Positions 26,358-30,619 of a stretch of DNA of 30,619 nucleotides are shown here, one piece after another. The stretch covers positions 1 to 30,619 of the IMG/VR virus record IMGVR_UViG_3300038660_000040; one strand, 5' to 3'. The position numbers and the translations under genes are program-made. Source of the DNA: a virus. Lineage: Duplodnaviria > Caudoviricetes. Position 1 is the stretch's first letter, and each line of letters opens with the position of its first letter. The notes beneath the pieces were generated by a model. That model was not told where the DNA came from. It made no database searches and saw only the letters and a list, made by a program, of their open reading frames with translations.

Positions 26358-28003
26358 TACCCTACCGCCTCCGCTAGTTGTTGTGCTCCTTGAGCTCCAC
26401 CTATCTTGCCTAGAGCGCCCGCTACCTGTTCTGCTTGCTGTAGTTGCATTTGCTCCTGCTGTGCTTGCATTTGCGCCTCACGCTCTTTTAGCATCTTCTC
26501 TAGCTTCACTATCCATCCTTCCGGCATCCCCTCGTTACGCGCTAAGTCACGAATAATCTGATCGAAGTCGAAGTTGTCCAGAACACTTTGGTTGAACTCT
26601 ACCAGCGGTAGGACTCTCCCAAGAACACGATCAAGTGAATCATTGCTGAGTTGCTGGATAGCTAGCGCTACCTTGGATTGATAGCTAATCTCTGGAGTGT
26701 CGATCACTGCTTGCCCTGCCTCATCCTTTAAACTCTGTGGAGCATCTGGGAAAATACCCTCGCGTGCCAGGATGTTGAACATGCGCCCCATCATGCCAGC
26801 TTGATCGTAGGAGAACTGAACGAATGACGGTGCGAAGAGTAGTAGCTTCTCTTGAGCTCTTGCTTGAATCTCCGTAGCAGTCATATCCTTGTCGAGATCT
26901 GCAAACATTCTGAATAGCTTAGTATGGAAGAATCTTTCGATCTGCTCATGATCCTGAGAGATCAGATATTCAGCGGCCTGGAAGTCACCCGCTGTTCCCC
27001 ACTCTCGCGGGAGGTTCATCGATGCTGCCTGTCTTGATACGAAAGTTGTGCCACCTGGCATGAGATCGATGTTTGTCTTCTCACCGGCCAGCGCTAGCAA
27101 TCTTGGATTTGCCGCCACCTCACCAATGAGCTTGACCAGCTTCTTGAGCCAGTTCACTGATAGCACGTTAGGCAGAGCATTGAAAGCCGGGGTGAATCCC
27201 CATAGCTCAGTTCCCCATCGCTCATAGCGTGATACCACATAAGGAAATTCTTGATAACCACCCTCATCGATGATCTTCTCATCCTCTACGCATACGATGA
27301 ATGAAGCGTAAGCCATGTTCTTCTTGTCCTCCTTATCCTCATCGTGATCCTTTCTAGGTTCCACGATGTCGAGGAATTCAAACTTCTTACCCTCGCCTTT
27401 GCCCGCTTCAAACTCTCTGTGAGCTTCCATCACCTTCTTGCCTAGATTCTCTTCACCGAATCTCTTCACAGCATCAGGAGCCGAGAGCATGATCGATCTG
27501 GTGAGTTCATCGGCATTACCATCTTCATCTTCACCGAAAACATACGTGCCTATCTCAATGTATTCAAAAGTAAGTAGTCTCTTTCTGCCTTTACGCACAA
27601 ACATGCACCCGGTCCCGCAATCAGTTCGATCCTGATAGACTGAATTGGCCACCACGTAGAAATTTGAGGCCTGTAGTTGTCTGAAAGCAATCTGAGAACA
27701 CTCGTTGAACCATCCGTCTACATCGTCACCGCCCTTTTGGGTAGCATTTGGCTCATAAGTGAACCATCGATCATTCAACGGCGTGATGAAGCTCATATGC
27801 CCTTGAGTCAGGACATTGGAAACCTCGATGGATTTGGTATCGTGGATATTAGCCCGGTAAGCATTGTTCTGAGGATCTGACCTTTCTGTGATGTTAGCCC
27901 GGTGCGGTGAATACCACTGCCTAAGCTTCTGCCATCGTGTGTCCCAGGTAGAGCGTGCTGTCTTCTGAGCCTCGTATTTCGTGATCCTCTGCTTGGCTGT
28001 CAT
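26357..28003 (-). CDS. Portal (head-tail connector) protein, podoviral type
   Basis: 548 aa: SNFY, GTGCM, EGGYQEFPYVVSRY, MTATEI..R..EK and a Gln-rich C-terminal helix. Confidence 0.92.
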   Translation of the reverse strand: MTAKQRITKYEAQKTARSTWDTRWQKLRQWYSPHRANITERSDPQNNAYRANIHDTKSIEVSNVLTQGHMSFITPLNDRWFTYEPNATQKGGDDVDGWFNECSQIAFRQLQASNFYVVANSVYQDRTDCGTGCMFVRKGRKRLLTFEYIEIGTYVFGEDEDGNADELTRSIMLSAPDAVKRFGEENLGKKVMEAHREFEAGKGEGKKFEFLDIVEPRKDHDEDKEDKKNMAYASFIVCVEDEKIIDEGGYQEFPYVVSRYERWGTELWGFTPAFNALPNVLSVNWLKKLVKLIGEVAANPRLLALAGEKTNIDLMPGGTTFVSRQAASMNLPREWGTAGDFQAAEYLISQDHEQIERFFHTKLFRMFADLDKDMTATEIQARAQEKLLLFAPSFVQFSYDQAGMMGRMFNILAREGIFPDAPQSLKDEAGQAVIDTPEISYQSKVALAIQQLSNDSLDRVLGRVLPLVEFNQSVLDNFDFDQIIRDLARNEGMPEGWIVKLEKMLKEREAQMQAQQEQMQLQQAEQVAGALGKIGGAQGAQQLAEAVG

Positions 28004-28179
28004 TATCCGAGTAATTGATTTTTAGGTGAAGCATCGTAATCACTTAGGATAGTAGCGCGTGCGCCTTTCCTTTGCTTGTTCTTACGCATCATCTCAATGC
28101 GCTTGCGGTTCATTTCTTTACCGTTTTCTTTTACTGGTGGTGATGCTGGAGCCGGCGCTGGTGGTTTTGGTGTCTTCAT
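28003..28179 (-). CDS. Small virion protein upstream of portal
   Basis: Likely start MKTPKPPAPAP at 28179. Pro-rich start, basic middle, RATIL and terminal LLG; TAATG-coupled to the portal. Confidence 0.65.
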   Translation of the reverse strand: MKTPKPPAPAPASPPVKENGKEMNRKRIEMMRKNKQRKGARATILSDYDASPKNQLLG

Positions 28180-28519
28180 AGAATCGATTGAATGGATAGA
28201 ATTTAAGCTTACCTCTACGCTCAAAACTCATGAGCTCTAAAGGGTGCGGAATTAGTGAAAGTAAGTGACTTAGATCACCTACTACAATGTGAACATGCCA
28301 GCAATTAAGGGTATCAGTCAACTCAAATCCTCGTTCCGTGTAGTCTAGTATCTGCTCCTTGCTCCATTTAGAGCTTACTGGACGCGCCATAGCCAAACCC
28401 AGCGGTGAGGCATACACGTAGCCATTGCAGCAGTGCCAAGCCATGTCGATGCGTAGATTCTCATCGGTCTCCCCGATGGCTTCATACATTGAAACGGCTT
28501 GGTGGTAGGGATTCAGCAT
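28118..28519 (-). CDS. Hypothetical protein (possibly GNAT-like)
   Basis: Likely start MLNPY at 28519 overlapping the terminase stop. MARPV, CWHVH..VGD and FERRGKLKFY motifs. Confidence 0.6.
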   Translation of the reverse strand: MLNPYHQAVSMYEAIGETDENLRIDMAWHCCNGYVYASPLGLAMARPVSSKWSKEQILDYTERGFELTDTLNCWHVHIVVGDLSHLLSLIPHPLELMSFERRGKLKFYPFNRFYEDTKTTSAGSSITTSKRKR

Positions 28520-30084
28520 TACCAATTATCCATACCCGTTTTAACCGTCCCTTGCTCCTGATCCTTCACTGATCCTAGCCCGCTGCTTGCTGGTATCAAT
28601 CCTGCCTCATCTGCCTCTGCGTAGGTTCTCAGCGCGTCATTTGGATGCGAATGAATATCATGCAGTGGTTCTCTACTCGTTCCACCTTTCTCAAGTGGTT
28701 TATACTGGTATTGCTGGAAAGCATCCAGATAGTTGATGCGCGTCTTCCCGAACTCATACACTCTGCCGAGGTTGGTTTTATGGAATACCATCTTTGGAAA
28801 TCGATCACGCACGTATTCTATCCCAATGCTCACAAGTGGAATTCTTGGAACCACATCCACGTTGCGAAGTCCCGCCTCGATCAACATGTCAGCAAAAGAC
28901 TTGTTGGCACTCTTGCCCATTCTCTCCCATCCACCATCATGAGGAAGGAAGTGGCCCCCGATGAACGCATCATTATCTCTCTCCCATTGCTGGAGCCAGT
29001 GAGCATAGTGACCGATTGTTTCACCTTGGCCCATGTAGCCATCGAAGAACCTGTCTTGACCACCAATTCTCTGCATGATCAGGATAGTAGTGAGATCAGC
29101 CTTGCCCAAATCCCAGAAGGTGTAGAACTCTGGGCGCTCGGCCGTGAAATCAACCACTCTACCATCCATCATGGCCTCATCAAAGTATTCACCATAGATA
29201 GAGCCATCTATCGGACTCAGGAAGATTTCACCTAAACGTGAAGGGAACTCTTCAAACCTCTTCGCCCGTAGTGGCCATGCTGTCTTGAAATACCAAAGCT
29301 TCTGACTGCCTACGAGCTCGATACCGTGCTTGTCCTCTAGTTCATTGAGGTAATTCATGCAGCGAGTATCGATCTGTGAGACGTTGCCCTCAAATTGATA
29401 AGACTCATCTAGCCACCAAGGATAGAAAAGAATTTTCCAATCCTTCACTGTGGCATCGTGCTCCGCGATCTGTAGCGTAGGTTCTACCACCACCGTGTAT
29501 AGATGGCCTGTCTTACCACCCTTCCAAGTAGTTTCAACGATGGTGATGCCCTCCTTGGCTGATGGAAGGCCACCAGTTGCTATCTCTTCACTCCTGGCTG
29601 GATCATCCTTCTGAATTGCGCCCCACTCTGAAATCCAAAGAAGTTGATGCGTGCCGCCCCGCGCTTTCACCCCGGCGTAGATCCTCGATGCCTTTGAGTC
29701 ACCAATAGTAAATTCCAGCTCACCATTGTTATCGGTGAGGATCTTCATGGAGCTTTTCAAGTCATGAGGTAGATTCTCATAAGCAAACTTCACCATCGAT
29801 ACCTTTTCCTCTGCCTTTACCCTGTTCTGATCCACGATGCCAGCGGTGAAGCCACCATTGAATAAAGCCATGTCCAAGCAGATAAGTGAGAGCAGCGTTG
29901 AGAAACCAAGCTGGCGAGCTTTTAAGATGCCAAGCTTCACATGGCCCTTGTCATAGATCAACTCCAGGACCTCCATTTGCTCATCGCGGGCGGAGAACAA
30001 GACCTTAGACTTGCCTATCTCCGCTGGCTGAATGTAGTAGAGGTTAGCGAAGCGCCATCGCCTGTTTAGCAGGGTGCTTTTCAT
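28519..30084 (-). CDS. terL: Terminase large subunit
   Basis: Walker A ILKARQLGFST, Walker B LWISE, coupling motif IVETT, nuclease motifs WDLG..D, LPHDG and SHPNDALR. Confidence 0.95.
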   Translation of the reverse strand: MKSTLLNRRWRFANLYYIQPAEIGKSKVLFSARDEQMEVLELIYDKGHVKLGILKARQLGFSTLLSLICLDMALFNGGFTAGIVDQNRVKAEEKVSMVKFAYENLPHDLKSSMKILTDNNGELEFTIGDSKASRIYAGVKARGGTHQLLWISEWGAIQKDDPARSEEIATGGLPSAKEGITIVETTWKGGKTGHLYTVVVEPTLQIAEHDATVKDWKILFYPWWLDESYQFEGNVSQIDTRCMNYLNELEDKHGIELVGSQKLWYFKTAWPLRAKRFEEFPSRLGEIFLSPIDGSIYGEYFDEAMMDGRVVDFTAERPEFYTFWDLGKADLTTILIMQRIGGQDRFFDGYMGQGETIGHYAHWLQQWERDNDAFIGGHFLPHDGGWERMGKSANKSFADMLIEAGLRNVDVVPRIPLVSIGIEYVRDRFPKMVFHKTNLGRVYEFGKTRINYLDAFQQYQYKPLEKGGTSREPLHDIHSHPNDALRTYAEADEAGLIPASSGLGSVKDQEQGTVKTGMDNW

Positions 30085-30296
30085 TTGGTTATTGAATCAC
30101 TTGATTTGTATTTGTGGCCATTAAAGCACGTATCATACCCATCCGGGCGGCGTTCTCTAAATACACCTGGCTCATCACATGTAGGGCATCTGCCATACGG
30201 AGCTTTCGGATCTTTCTTATCCCAATAGCTACTCTTCTGGAACGCGCTAAAGTTGTCTCTGCGGTTGTCGCCCTTGCCGTGTGTTGGCTTACTCAT
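30081..30296 (-). CDS. Small hypothetical protein with zinc-ribbon-like motif
   Basis: 71 aa, GKGD..R start and CPTC...CFNGH; ATGA overlap with terL. Confidence 0.6.
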   Translation of the reverse strand: MSKPTHGKGDNRRDNFSAFQKSSYWDKKDPKAPYGRCPTCDEPGVFRERRPDGYDTCFNGHKYKSSDSITK

Positions 30297-30388
30297 CCTT
30301 CCCCCCCCCTACGAGGATTATTTTTTTGCTGCTCATGTGTTTATTAGTTTATGGTTAAAATTGTCTTGATCTAACAGAATCCCTATCG

Positions 30389-30619
30389 TTATCCTTGCTC
30401 CTGCTGTTCAGTTGCTCCATTCCTAATCTGCTCTAACAAAGAACCTACCACGCTCACCTCGACCGTGACATCTGAGTAGACTTTCTCCATTCGATTAAGC
30501 TCCTTGATACATACAACTGGATCGATCTTCTTGATTCTCTCGACCTCACACGCTTCCCCTACTTTCCTGCTGGTCTTCTCTACGCAATAGCCTGATTTCT
30601 CATCCACTTCATCGAGTGT
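30389..30619 (-). CDS. Probable terminase small subunit, C-terminal part
   Basis: Frame is open to the window edge (TLDEVDEKSGYCVEK...IDPVVCIKELNRMEK...SLLEQIRNG); position upstream of terL. Confidence 0.55.
   Translation of the reverse strand, partial: TLDEVDEKSGYCVEKTSRKVGEACEVERIKKIDPVVCIKELNRMEKVYSDVTVEVSVVGSLLEQIRNGATEQQEQG

Noticed and set aside
17239-28525. ORF-track start positions at 17298, 20701, 20979, 21488, 28224 and 28525
   Set aside because: Downstream ATGs give stop-start coupling or remove overlaps and match the usual start context, so shorter starts were used.
2489-29066. Short nested minus-strand ORFs (2489..2773, 6057..6248, 10148..10426, 13868..14053, 23414..23614, 23783..24004, 28881..29066)
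   Set aside because: Alternative frames inside well-supported genes with no recognisable motifs.
1477-30347. All plus-strand ORFs in the track
   Set aside because: They lie antisense to convincing minus-strand genes and show Ser/Leu-rich shadow composition. The shared peptide in 1477..1722 and 2236..2442 merely reflects repeat C.
1-30619. tRNA/rRNA genes, introns or inteins, alternative genetic code
   Set aside because: Coding density is near complete under the standard code, terminase, portal and capsid have ordinary lengths, and the few gaps show no cloverleaf I could identify.

Overview
The whole window is bacteriophage late-gene DNA, with every credible gene on the minus strand. Read in the direction of transcription (30619 to 1), about 27 kb is a podovirus-type morphogenesis region. 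It runs: small terminase (partial), large terminase, portal, scaffold, major capsid, a capsid-associated gene, a block of fibre-like and lysis genes, tail adaptor and nozzle, a GNAT-like gene and three ejection proteins. The last ejection protein is a 2064-aa polyvalent protein ending in several ADP-ribosyltransferase(ART)-like modules. One base after its stop the sequence switches to a Mu-like head module: an 860-aa MuF protein with stacked C-terminal cargo, a Mu gpG-like gene, and the start of a Mu gpI-like prohead protease that the ORF track missed. The main signal is that the ejection protein and MuF share in-frame DNA repeats (one 70-bp exact, one 56-bp with only synonymous changes) bracketing dissimilar ~450-bp cores. 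MuF also has its own 61-bp repeat ahead of each added cargo. This suggests effector cassettes exchanged between unrelated virion carrier proteins, with the shared repeat possibly marking the join of two phages (natural recombinant or assembly chimera). All calls are from motif recognition and gene order by eye; no database search was run.
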